Shown: positions 30,411 to 39,225 of the stretch, one piece after another | How the letters are laid out: each line of letters begins with the position of its first letter | Position numbering within the stretch: position 1 is the stretch's first letter | From: an uncultured Clostridia bacterium | Lineage (GTDB): Bacteria; Bacillota; Clostridia; Christensenellales; UBA1242 | DNA: 64,000 nucleotides | Reading direction: 5' to 3' | Assembly: GCA_944349515.1 (NCBI GenBank) | Contig: CALVNE010000001.1 | Location: 87,232-151,231 of the forward strand | The notes under the pieces: generated by a model | Database searches by the model: none | What the model was told of the DNA's origin: nothing | Seen by the model: the letters and a program-made list of their open reading frames with translations, nothing else | Made by a program: the position numbers and the translations under genes

Positions 30411-31775
30411 ATGATTGAAGATATCGTAAAGAATGCGCGCGAATATTTTAACACCGGCGCCACGCTTGATTATAAATTCAGAATTGAGGCGCTTAAAAAG
30501 TTAAAAAAGGCGATTGTAATGCATGAAAAAGACATCTTTGACGCTTTAAAAGCAGATTTGGGCAAAAGTGCCACGGAAAGTTATATGTGCGAAGTTGGTA
30601 TGGTGCTGAGCGAACTTAACTACGCCATAAAAAATTTGAAAAAGTGGATGAGGAACGAGAAGGTGCGAACGCCACTTGCCCAGTTTCCGTCCAAAAGTTT
30701 CATTGTGAAGGAACCGCTTGGGGTGGTGCTTGTTATGTCGCCGTGGAACTACCCTTTCATGCTTGCCATTGACCCTCTCATAGGGACGCTTGGCGCGGGA
30801 AATTGCGCCGTTATAAAGCCGGCAAGTTATGCCAAAAACACCTCGCTTGTTATAAAGAAGATTATAGGCGAGTGCTTTGAGGAGAGATATGTTTCGGTGG
30901 TTTTAGGCGGGCGCGAGGAAAACGCGACGCTACTTGAACAGCGCTTCGACCACATCTTTTTCACGGGCAGTGTGGGTGTAGGCAAATTTGTGGCGGAAAT
31001 GGCATCGAAAAATTTGACGCCGGTGACGCTGGAACTTGGCGGGAAAAGCCCTTGCGTGGTCGATAAAACGGCAAACTTAAAGATAAGCGCAAGGCGAGTT
31101 GCGTTTGGTAAGTTTTTAAACGTTGGGCAAACTTGCGTCGCGCCCGATTACCTTCTGATTGACAAAAGCGTAAAAGAGGAGTTTTTGGGATATTTAAAGG
31201 CGGAAATTGTGAAGATGTTCGGGGAAAATCCGCTTTCTAATGAAAATTATGGGAAAATAATCAACGAAAAACACTTTGCTCGCATAAAATTACTAATTGA
31301 CAGCGATAAGGTGGTGTTCGGCGGGAAGTTCGACGAAAAATCACTGAAATTGGAGCCGAGCATTCTCGACAATGTCACGCTTGACGACGCTTGCATGAAA
31401 GGGGAAATTTTTGCGCCCATTTTGCCGGTTCTGACCTTTACAACAGTGGACGAGGCGGAAAAAATTATAAAAAAATTCGAAAAACCGCTGGCGCTCTATC
31501 TTTTCTCTACCGACAAGCGCGTTATCAAGCATTTCCTTACCGCTGTGCCTTATGGCGGAGGGTGCATAAACGACACCATAATTCACCTCGCCACAACCAA
31601 AATGGGCTTTGGTGGAGTTGGATACAGCGGATACGGCTCATACCACGGCAAGCGCAGTTTTCTTCTGTTCTCGCATGAAAAAAGCATTGTGAAAAAGAGT
31701 CCGTCAGTGGACCTTCCAATTCGCTACCAGCCTTATTCAAAGTTGAAAGACAAACTTATTCGCAAATTTTTATAG
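30411..31775 (+). CDS. Aldehyde dehydrogenase, class-3 / fatty-aldehyde type
   Basis: 454 aa with ELGGKSP and the catalytic GQTCVAPDY. Confidence 0.88.
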   Translation: MIEDIVKNAREYFNTGATLDYKFRIEALKKLKKAIVMHEKDIFDALKADLGKSATESYMCEVGMVLSELNYAIKNLKKWMRNEKVRTPLAQFPSKSFIVKEPLGVVLVMSPWNYPFMLAIDPLIGTLGAGNCAVIKPASYAKNTSLVIKKIIGECFEERYVSVVLGGREENATLLEQRFDHIFFTGSVGVGKFVAEMASKNLTPVTLELGGKSPCVVDKTANLKISARRVAFGKFLNVGQTCVAPDYLLIDKSVKEEFLGYLKAEIVKMFGENPLSNENYGKIINEKHFARIKLLIDSDKVVFGGKFDEKSLKLEPSILDNVTLDDACMKGEIFAPILPVLTFTTVDEAEKIIKKFEKPLALYLFSTDKRVIKHFLTAVPYGGGCINDTIIHLATTKMGFGGVGYSGYGSYHGKRSFLLFSHEKSIVKKSPSVDLPIRYQPYSKLKDKLIRKFL

Positions 31776-31826
31776 GAAAATATAAGGTTCGAAATTTTCC
31801 ACTTAACAAAATTGCCATACTTAAAC

Positions 31827-31866
31827 AAAAGCCTCTAACTAATTTGGTTAAAGGCTTTTATCTTTT
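31827..31866 (+). terminator. Probable terminator after the ALDH gene
   Basis: AAAAGCCT pairs with AGGCTTTT and is followed by a T-rich tail. The loop is long. Confidence 0.4.
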
Positions 31867-32246
31867 GTGAATTAGCAAAAATCATCTTTTGTAATTTTAC
31901 ACCATTTTAAAGGAGTGGGTGCATTTTAGTACCTAGAATTTTGCCCTATCATGTAGCCAATTAATAACATGGTTAGGTCGTTGTTTTGACATCTGTCGCA
32001 TGGGCAAGATTGGCAAGGCGGAATGCACGGTTGACAAAAAGGAGGTGGACAACACGGGCGTAAGTTTACACAGTCGCCCTGACAGTACTTTGATGAATAC
32101 TTCATTTTGTGCCTCCATTATCAGTATATAAACTTTCTGCTGAAATGTTAACATTGTAGATTTATTTTTTTCCTTGCACGCTTATTCTAAGTTGCTTTTT
32201 GTTCTAAAAATAATTCCTTTTGCATATCATGATTTAGGAGAAGGTT

Positions 32247-32861
32247 ATGTTAGATTTTTTTGCGGAGAACTTTTCGGGGTGCGTCTTTTTGGCGGTGATT
32301 TTAATGGCGATGATACCAACGATTGAAAGTAAAATTGCCATACCTTTCGGGCTTTCCTATGCCATTTGGGGTGAGGCGACGCTTTCGCCGATTGCGAGTT
32401 TTGCATGTGCGTATGTTGGCTCAATGCTACCGAGTGTTTTAATAATTTTAATTGTCCGAAAATTGAAAAATAAGGCGAGCGGATTTGTGTGCGATAAGTT
32501 TATCAATGGCGCAGAAAGTAGATATCACAAAAAACTTGCCGAACTTTCGTCGAAGTCTAAGACCTTTTACAAACTTTCCACACTTGCGCTTTTTGTTGCC
32601 GTGCCTATTCCGCTCACAGGGGTGTACAGTGGAAGTTTGATTGCGGGGCTAAGCAATTTGAAAGTTTGGCAGGCGTTTATTGCGATTGCCGTTGGCGAGT
32701 TTATTTCCTGCCTTGCAGTGACGCTTTTGTGTATGCTATTTGAAAATTCCACGCTCTATATTTTGCTTATTTCGCTGGCGCTTGTGGTTATTTTCCTTCT
32801 TTCCGATATTGTCTTTATGCTTATAAAGAAGAAAAAGAAACGCACCATTGAAAATGTATAA
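32247..32861 (+). CDS. Small multi-TM membrane protein, COG2426 / 'small multidrug export'-like
   Basis: The N-terminal MIPTIESKIAIPFG resembles the family's P-x-(I/V)-E-x-(R/K)-x-(A/G)-IP motif. It has about five TM segments. Confidence 0.45.
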   Translation: MLDFFAENFSGCVFLAVILMAMIPTIESKIAIPFGLSYAIWGEATLSPIASFACAYVGSMLPSVLIILIVRKLKNKASGFVCDKFINGAESRYHKKLAELSSKSKTFYKLSTLALFVAVPIPLTGVYSGSLIAGLSNLKVWQAFIAIAVGEFISCLAVTLLCMLFENSTLYILLISLALVVIFLLSDIVFMLIKKKKKRTIENV

Positions 32862-32892
32862 TAAGAAAGAGAAGTGCACCGCTGAAAAATGC

Positions 32893-33020
32893 CTAAACAC
32901 CTCACTTAAAATGTTAAATATTGCATTTGAAATGCTATATATTCTGATAAAAAATCTAAAACAACTCGCTTAAAATAGTTAAAATTTTTTTGAAAATTGC
33001 TATATTACTTCATTTAAAAT
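32893..33020 (+). repeat. Two tandem ~63-bp AT-rich direct repeats
   Basis: CTAAACACCTCACTTAAAATGTTAAATATTGCATTTGAAATGCTATATATT (32893) matches CTAAAACAACTCGCTTAAAATAGTTAAAATTTTTTTGAAAATTGCTATATTA (32956). Confidence 0.55.
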
Positions 33021-33048
33021 ATTAATATTGAGAATATGCAAAAAGAAA

Positions 33049-33083
33049 ATATGGCGTAGTATGCATTGCATAATACACCATAT
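33049..33083. repeat. Palindromic interspersed element, copy B (cleanest 17-1-17 form)
   Basis: ATATGGCGTAGTATGCA-T-TGCATAATACACCATAT, with 15 of 17 arm positions complementary. Confidence 0.8.
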
Positions 33084-33282
33084 ATTGTGCTGTTTAGTTT
33101 TTTTGCAATTGCTATTACGATAATTTTAAATAGTGTTTTAATTAGTATTTAAAAATAAGTTTTCTTAGTTTAGTGGCAAAGTATTTCTTGCGTATTGTTT
33201 TTTAAAGTGAGTTTTAAACTTGTAAATTTTGTTTTTGTAAGTTGGTGTTTTTTCCACTTATTTGATAATCGCTTAACTAAAA

Positions 33283-34182
33283 TTAATGCGCAGTTGTGCT
33301 GTTTAGCCTTAAATCTTTACCCGAAAGGTTGATGGCAATGGAGGTGGAGCGGTCGACGATTCGCGAGAAAATTCGCTCGTCATAGCGGTCGCTAATTTCA
33401 CTGAGGGTGAGGTTGGAGGTTATGATTGTGCAGAGCTTTTTCATTTTGCGCTCGTTTATCACATGGAACAATAGTTCCACCGTTATGCCCTTATAGATAG
33501 TTTCCGTGCCGAGGTCATCAATGAAAAGAAATTCGCACGTTACATATTTATCCAAAATTTCCTCGTCATATTCAAAGCGGTATTTTTTAAAGTCACGGCT
33601 CATTTGAAAGGCGGTGACAAGTTTTACAATCCTTCCGTTTTCAATAAGTTCGCTAGCGATTGCCTTTGTTAGATAGGTCTTTCCCACGCCAACTTCGCCG
33701 GAAATGAAGATTAGGTTTTTCTTAAAATCGCCGTGGCACCATTCTTTCATTTTGTCGTAGAGTTTTTGGTACTCCTTTGGCGCCGTTTTTCGTGCTTCCT
33801 CAAAAGAAAACAACTCGCCGAAGTTGCTTTCGGAAAGCAGCAAATTTGATATCTCTTTTTTAAGGCACGCGCACATTTTGCCATCAATGTAAAGGGCGTC
33901 TTTGCACTTTGGGCAGGCGTAACTAATGCTAAGGTCGATATTTTTTTCAGCGAGGTATTTTTCTAACTTTTCTCTAAGAGTTTTCTCGCTTTTTTTATCC
34001 GCTTTCTCGCCATATGCTTCACTCTTAGCGTTTTCAATCATCAACTTTTTAAGTTTAAAGTTGAGGTCTTGAAAGGCATCGTCACTCCTCAGCAAGGTGA
34101 GATTTTTTTCCAAGTTTTCGTTTAATTTTTGGTGGCGTTTTCGAAGGTTCTCTTCCGCTTTTAAAACAATCGTTCTTTTCAT
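33283..34182 (-). CDS. dnaI: Helicase loader DnaI/DnaC-like AAA+ ATPase
   Basis: It has an N-terminal Cys cluster (CPKCKD...CAC), Walker A GEVGVGKT and Walker B LFIDDLG. It starts at the ATG after the GAGGTG RBS and is coupled to the upstream gene. Confidence 0.8.
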   Translation of the reverse strand: MKRTIVLKAEENLRKRHQKLNENLEKNLTLLRSDDAFQDLNFKLKKLMIENAKSEAYGEKADKKSEKTLREKLEKYLAEKNIDLSISYACPKCKDALYIDGKMCACLKKEISNLLLSESNFGELFSFEEARKTAPKEYQKLYDKMKEWCHGDFKKNLIFISGEVGVGKTYLTKAIASELIENGRIVKLVTAFQMSRDFKKYRFEYDEEILDKYVTCEFLFIDDLGTETIYKGITVELLFHVINERKMKKLCTIITSNLTLSEISDRYDERIFSRIVDRSTSIAINLSGKDLRLNSTTAH

Positions 34183-34183
34183 A

Positions 34184-35614
34184 TCACACCTCAATTTCGT
34201 CTATCGACTGAAAGAGCGCGTTCATCTCTTCGCGAGAATAATTTCGCTTATTCGCCATTTTTTCCTTCTTATTAACGGCGATATTGCCGGCGTTTTTGGC
34301 GTCGTCAAGCGTTTTGATGTTCTTATCGTGATAGGAGGAAAGCACCATGTTTAAATATTGCATCGGCTGTTCCTTGCCGAGGGCGAGGGTGCAGGCGTAA
34401 TCAATGACCTCGTCCGGCAAAAGCCAATTTTCCTTCCAAATTTTATATTTATCGCGGTCGAATTGATTGACATTTCGGCTGAGCCCGATGCTCTCAAGTA
34501 TGCCTTTAATTTTCTTGTCAACCGACAAAACGCTGTTAAAGTATTCGTTCAAACTTTCGGCGCTCAGTATGCCAAGTTTGTGAAATTTTTGTAAAATTCT
34601 ATCCATGCCGTCCAGCGTTCGGACGCTCGTTTTAAAGGCATAGTTGGCAACACGCTCTAACATCTCCACCGAAAAGCCCAAGTTGAACCATTTGTAGACA
34701 TAATTTTCTACCACTGGCTCCAAATTTTCGTAATAAAGCCCCAAATTTCGGGTGATTTTTTTTGCAATATCAAGCGACGCTTTTTTCTCGCTTTCAAAGT
34801 TTTCAATTTCCTCTTTGGTTAAAAGTTTTAAGGAGAAATATTTCTTTAAAAGGGCGTCTAAATATTCAAAATTCGACTTTTTTAAGTTTTTTGCGACATA
34901 TAAAATAACCTCATCGTCAAAGCCGAGTTCCCGCCAAGTCTTATACAGCGTGCGCTCACTGACAGAAGGCAAGCGCTTTAATTTTAGCGTTTTAAACACA
35001 TATTCTAAGCCGGTGTTTAGGGTTTCGAATTGAAGGATTTGATTTTCAATTTGTTTGGCGGTGAGTATTCCGCGGTTTGCCCAATCTTTCGCCACGGTGA
35101 CTATGTAGGAATAGCCGAGTTTTTCGTCGTTTTTGGCGTCCACGCAGTACTTTATCACCATGATGAGTGCCTCTTTTTCCATGTGCTTGTTTTCAATTAT
35201 GTTGTAATATTCCTCATATTCCTTCGGGGTAATCATGCGTCCAGCGAGAATCTCTTGCGCCTGCGTATTGAAGGTGGCGTATTTTTTGACATTGTACTTC
35301 TTTATGCCGTTTAGGGCGTTTGTTATGGGGAGATACCTCACTTCAAACGGAATAACTTCAAGTATCTGCACAAGCCCTTGCTCTTGCCAATAATAGAAGC
35401 AACTTTCCACTTCCTCCACGCTCATTTTAAGTTCGTTTGCAAAATTTTCCAGCGTGTTGTCTTTACTGCTAGCGTCTTGGCACTTGTATAGCCCATAAAG
35501 ATACACCTTCACGCACTCTTCGCTTGCGTACGGAAGATAGTTATTGATGAAAATGTTGTCAACGCTGGTGGTGTTATTTGCCACCGCGTCCACAGAAAGC
35601 CGACAAAACGCCAT
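34184..35614 (-). CDS. DnaD/DnaB(Bacillus-type) replication initiation and membrane attachment protein
   Basis: 476 aa with repeated DnaD-like (DnaB_2) modules, for example YIVTVAKDWANRGILTAKQIENQI. It lies in an operon with dnaI, as in the Bacillus dnaB-dnaI arrangement. Confidence 0.7.
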   Translation of the reverse strand: MAFCRLSVDAVANNTTSVDNIFINNYLPYASEECVKVYLYGLYKCQDASSKDNTLENFANELKMSVEEVESCFYYWQEQGLVQILEVIPFEVRYLPITNALNGIKKYNVKKYATFNTQAQEILAGRMITPKEYEEYYNIIENKHMEKEALIMVIKYCVDAKNDEKLGYSYIVTVAKDWANRGILTAKQIENQILQFETLNTGLEYVFKTLKLKRLPSVSERTLYKTWRELGFDDEVILYVAKNLKKSNFEYLDALLKKYFSLKLLTKEEIENFESEKKASLDIAKKITRNLGLYYENLEPVVENYVYKWFNLGFSVEMLERVANYAFKTSVRTLDGMDRILQKFHKLGILSAESLNEYFNSVLSVDKKIKGILESIGLSRNVNQFDRDKYKIWKENWLLPDEVIDYACTLALGKEQPMQYLNMVLSSYHDKNIKTLDDAKNAGNIAVNKKEKMANKRNYSREEMNALFQSIDEIEV

Positions 35615-35706
35615 AATTTTCTCCTTTGCGGATAAATTGTAGCATAACGCAGGAAAATTTACAACTTTTTCGTTATTTTTTGAGGAAAATTATAATAAAA
35701 TATGGC

Positions 35707-37167
35707 ATGAAAAAGATTTCGCTATTATTTGTTTTGATATTTGCTCTTCTATTTTTTCTTGTGGGCTGTAATTTTTCTAGCGACGGTAAACTTAACTCTT
35801 ACACCCTTGATTGCCACTATGACAGCGCCTCTCATACCTTGTCAGGCAAGGAGGAGGTTGTTTTTTATAACGACTATGACAACGCGATTGACGAACTTAA
35901 ATTTTTCCTCTATCCTAACTCCTTTAACGAGGGTAAGGAGGCGGTGAGTGACAGTTATTTCAACCGAGCCTATCCAACCGGCGAGGAAAGTTTTGGCGAT
36001 ATCACCATTGAAAGCGTTTTTTGTAATGGCGAAAGTTTGCCGTATTCCATTAACGATGAGGGCAGTATTTTAACAACCTCGCTAGTGAGCGAAATATATC
36101 CCGACGAAACCGTCACGGTGGAAATTGCTTTTACGGTCAACCTTGCAAATATCAATCACAGGCTGGGCTACGGCGAAAACACCGTCAATTTTGGCAACTT
36201 TTACCCGATTTTGTGCGTTTACGAAAACGGCTTTGTTTTAAACAGTTTTGCCTCGAATGGCGACCCTTTTTACAGCGAGGTGGCAAACTATGATGTGACG
36301 CTTTCGTTTGACGATAGTTTTACGCTGGCAAGCACCGGCGATGTGGTTAGTGAAAGCATAGATAATGGTGTTAAAACGGTGAAAATTTCCGCTTTAAAGG
36401 TGCGCGATTTTGCTTTCACACTGTCTGAAAACTTCGAGGTGGTTTCAAGTAGCGTCGGCGATATAACTGTCAACTATTTTTACTATGACGAGGAAAACTT
36501 CGAGGAAAATCTACTTGTGGCGTGCGAAGCAATGGAGTATTTTTCGGACCTTTTTGGCGAGTATCCATATAAGACGATAAATGTTGCCAAAACCAACTTT
36601 TGCTTTGGTGGCATGGAATATCCAAACCTTGTTTTTATCTCTGACGAGGTCGCGGACGCCGTCACATATAAGTATGTCATTGTGCACGAACTTGCGCACC
36701 AATGGTGGTATTCGCTTGTTGGAAATAACGAATATACCGAGGCGTGGCTAGATGAGAGTTTAACGGAATATAGCACCGCGCTTTTCTTTGAAGAATACGA
36801 AAAGTATGGCATGAAGTACACTGACATCATCGACGGCGCGCTTAATTCCTATCAACTTTTTGTTTCCACCTATGAAAGCATTTTGGGCGATATCGACGAA
36901 AGCATGAACAGAAATTTAGGCGAATTTAGCACCGAGCCGGAATATGTCAACTGCGTCTACACCAAGGGCGTTTTAATGTTTGATAGCATTCGTGACACTT
37001 TGGGCGACAACAAGTTTTTTAAGTGCCTTAAAAACTATTTTGAAGATTATGCCTACAAAATTTCCACTCAAAACGATATCATTCAAAGTTTTTCAAAATC
37101 TGCGCACATGGACCTAACAAATTTCTTTTTGGCGTGGCTAAACGGCGAGGTTGTGCTTGGCAATTAG
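35707..37167 (+). CDS. M1-family (gluzincin) metallopeptidase, lipoprotein
   Basis: The lipobox signal is MKKISLLFVLIFALLFFLVGC. It has HELAHQWW with the downstream WLDESLTEY. Confidence 0.8.
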   Translation: MKKISLLFVLIFALLFFLVGCNFSSDGKLNSYTLDCHYDSASHTLSGKEEVVFYNDYDNAIDELKFFLYPNSFNEGKEAVSDSYFNRAYPTGEESFGDITIESVFCNGESLPYSINDEGSILTTSLVSEIYPDETVTVEIAFTVNLANINHRLGYGENTVNFGNFYPILCVYENGFVLNSFASNGDPFYSEVANYDVTLSFDDSFTLASTGDVVSESIDNGVKTVKISALKVRDFAFTLSENFEVVSSSVGDITVNYFYYDEENFEENLLVACEAMEYFSDLFGEYPYKTINVAKTNFCFGGMEYPNLVFISDEVADAVTYKYVIVHELAHQWWYSLVGNNEYTEAWLDESLTEYSTALFFEEYEKYGMKYTDIIDGALNSYQLFVSTYESILGDIDESMNRNLGEFSTEPEYVNCVYTKGVLMFDSIRDTLGDNKFFKCLKNYFEDYAYKISTQNDIIQSFSKSAHMDLTNFFLAWLNGEVVLGN

Positions 37168-37327
37168 TTTGCTATGCCCTTTAAAATTTAAGCACAAGCG
37201 TTATTAATTTTGATTAGATAATTCCTTTGCCCATGCTAAAACGCAACTTTCGGCGTCGGCGTACTTAAATGACACATCTTTGAAAACAACATAGCCCTTT
37301 GCTTTGGTTGCCTCAATGTTTTTATTT

Positions 37328-37711
37328 TTAAATGCGATGTAGTTCAAAATTATATTTTTCTAAAAGCGACCCATTAATTATATGCGAGTCGTCAATTACC
37401 GCATCACAGCCTTTAATTGCCCATTCAATTTTGGCATTGACATCATTTCCTTCAATGGGCAAAAATTCGTCGAAATCTTTTTGGCACTGCAAAATGTTTT
37501 TATAGTGGAAGGCAAACATACATTTTGTGGTCTTTCGCTCTTCCTTAATCATTCTGCTAGCCGAAAGCGAGGCGAGGTTGTTGGAGATAAAATAGAAGAA
37601 TTTAAAGTCATCATCAAACAAACCCTTCAATACCTTCCTTAATTTCTTCGATTCGTCACCAATTTTATTCAACAACACAAGACAACATTTATTTTTATTC
37701 AAATTTTTCAT
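37328..37711 (-). CDS. Hypothetical protein (127 aa)
   Basis: The RBS AGGAAAAGG precedes ATG 37711. I recognise no family. It is divergent from the XRE gene. Confidence 0.5.
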   Translation of the reverse strand: MKNLNKNKCCLVLLNKIGDESKKLRKVLKGLFDDDFKFFYFISNNLASLSASRMIKEERKTTKCMFAFHYKNILQCQKDFDEFLPIEGNDVNAKIEWAIKGCDAVIDDSHIINGSLLEKYNFELHRI

Positions 37712-37862
37712 ACCTTTTCCTTTTAATTTGTGAATAATAGTAGATAAATACACTCACAGTATATATTATAGCACAAAAATACGGAATGTAAAGTAATTTT
37801 GATAACATTAGTAGTTATTTTTATAAAAATTTCAAGTAAAATTTTTATATAAGAGAGTGTGT

Positions 37863-38186
37863 ATGGAAAACGAAATGACTGAAAGACGAAAAAATCTCAT
37901 CAACCGCGTGGGCTATTTTAGAACAAAAGCAAGGCTCAGTGCGCGTGATTTATCGCTTAGAATGGGTAAGTCGCCGGGATATATAACCAAATTTGAGGCG
38001 GGCGGAATCAATTTGCCCATGGACGTCCTTTTCGACATCATGGAAATTTTGGGTGTGTCTGAGGAGGAATTCTTCTCTTGTGACCCAGAAAAATATGCGC
38101 GAGATAAAAAATTTTTAATGAAATATCGAAATCTTTCAAAAGAAAATCAAGATTTAGTTTTTAATATAATGGAAAGTTTAAAGTGA
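37863..38186 (+). CDS. XRE-family helix-turn-helix transcriptional regulator
   Basis: The HTH_3 pattern is LSARDLSLRMGKSPGYITKFEAGGINLPMDVLFDIMEILGVS. Confidence 0.8.
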   Translation: MENEMTERRKNLINRVGYFRTKARLSARDLSLRMGKSPGYITKFEAGGINLPMDVLFDIMEILGVSEEEFFSCDPEKYARDKKFLMKYRNLSKENQDLVFNIMESLK

Positions 38187-38191
38187 TTTAC

Positions 38192-38221
38192 TTGACAAGG
38201 GCTCGTCCCGGGTGCTAAAAT
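38192..38221 (+). promoter_or_regulatory. Promoter, TTGACA-18-TGcTAAAAT (extended -10)
   Basis: It lies only about 18 nt before the trpS ATG. That leaves no room for a T-box leader. Confidence 0.55.
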
Positions 38222-38238
38222 TACCTCGGGAGTAAATC

Positions 38239-39225
38239 ATGAAAAGATTTGTGACGGGTATTAAGCCGACCGGTTACGCCCATATAGGCAACTACTTTGG
38301 CGCAATCAAGCCGGCAATTGAACTTAGTAGGGGAAAGGAGTATGAGTGCTTCTATTTTATCGCAGACTATCATGCGCTCACCACGCTGAACAGTAAGGCG
38401 GAAATGAAAGAGTATTTTTACAACATCGCTTGCACATGGCTTGCCTGTGGACTCGACCCCGAAAAGGTGGTTTTTTACCGTCAATCGGATATCAAAGAGG
38501 ACTTTGAACTTAATTGGATACTTTGCAATGTCACGCCTAAGGGGCTTATGAACAGGGCACACGCGTATAAGGCGTGTGTGGAAAAAAACGAGGCAAATGG
38601 ACTAGATAGAGATGACGGCGTCAATATGGGGCTTTATAACTATCCAATTTTGATGAGTGCTGACATCATGCTTTTTGATGCCGACTATGTGCCTGTCGGG
38701 CTCGACCAAAAACAACATATTGAAATTGCACGAGATATTGCTCATAATTTTAATGTAAAATACGGCGAAACTTTGAAAGAGCCAATGGAGTTTATCGACA
38801 AAAATAACAACACGCTTGTGGGGCTTGACGGACGTAAGATGAGTAAAAGTTATAATAACACCATTAAACTATTCAGTGAAGAGAAGGAATTAAAAAAGAG
38901 CATTTTCAGAGTGGTCACCGATAGCCGTCTGCCGGGCGAACCTAAGGACACGGATTGCACTGTGAATAAACTTTACAAGTTGTTTGTGAGTGAAAGTGAG
39001 GCAAAGGCGTTTGAAGAGGACCTCTTAAAAGGCCTTGGTTGGGGTGACGCCAAAAAGCGTCTTTTTGAGGTGGCAAATAGTTATATCTCTCCGATGAGAG
39101 AAAAGTTTAACTACTATATGGCGCATAAGGACGAGGTTGACAAGATTTTGGACGCAGGCGCTGTGAAGGCGCGTGTGGTAGCGAAAGAGGTGCTAGATAG
39201 AGTTAGAAAGGCAATCGGCGTGTAA
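38239..39225 (+). CDS. trpS: Tryptophanyl-tRNA synthetase
   Basis: 328 aa. GIKPTGYAHIGNY is a HIGH-like motif, and KMSKS is present. Confidence 0.92.
   Translation: MKRFVTGIKPTGYAHIGNYFGAIKPAIELSRGKEYECFYFIADYHALTTLNSKAEMKEYFYNIACTWLACGLDPEKVVFYRQSDIKEDFELNWILCNVTPKGLMNRAHAYKACVEKNEANGLDRDDGVNMGLYNYPILMSADIMLFDADYVPVGLDQKQHIEIARDIAHNFNVKYGETLKEPMEFIDKNNNTLVGLDGRKMSKSYNNTIKLFSEEKELKKSIFRVVTDSRLPGEPKDTDCTVNKLYKLFVSESEAKAFEEDLLKGLGWGDAKKRLFEVANSYISPMREKFNYYMAHKDEVDKILDAGAVKARVVAKEVLDRVRKAIGV

Noticed and set aside
31930-32160. A locally GC-richer, ORF-poor stretch upstream of the COG2426-like gene, with a 73-aa antisense ORF at 31933-32154. It was considered as a possible riboswitch or sRNA. 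It also contains the 12-bp palindrome AATGTTAACATT at 32144-32155.
   Set aside because: I could not match it to any riboswitch consensus (SAM, TPP, FMN, guanidine, fluoride, Mn, c-di-GMP/AMP). The antisense ORF lacks a properly spaced RBS. It is left unassigned and worth an Rfam scan.
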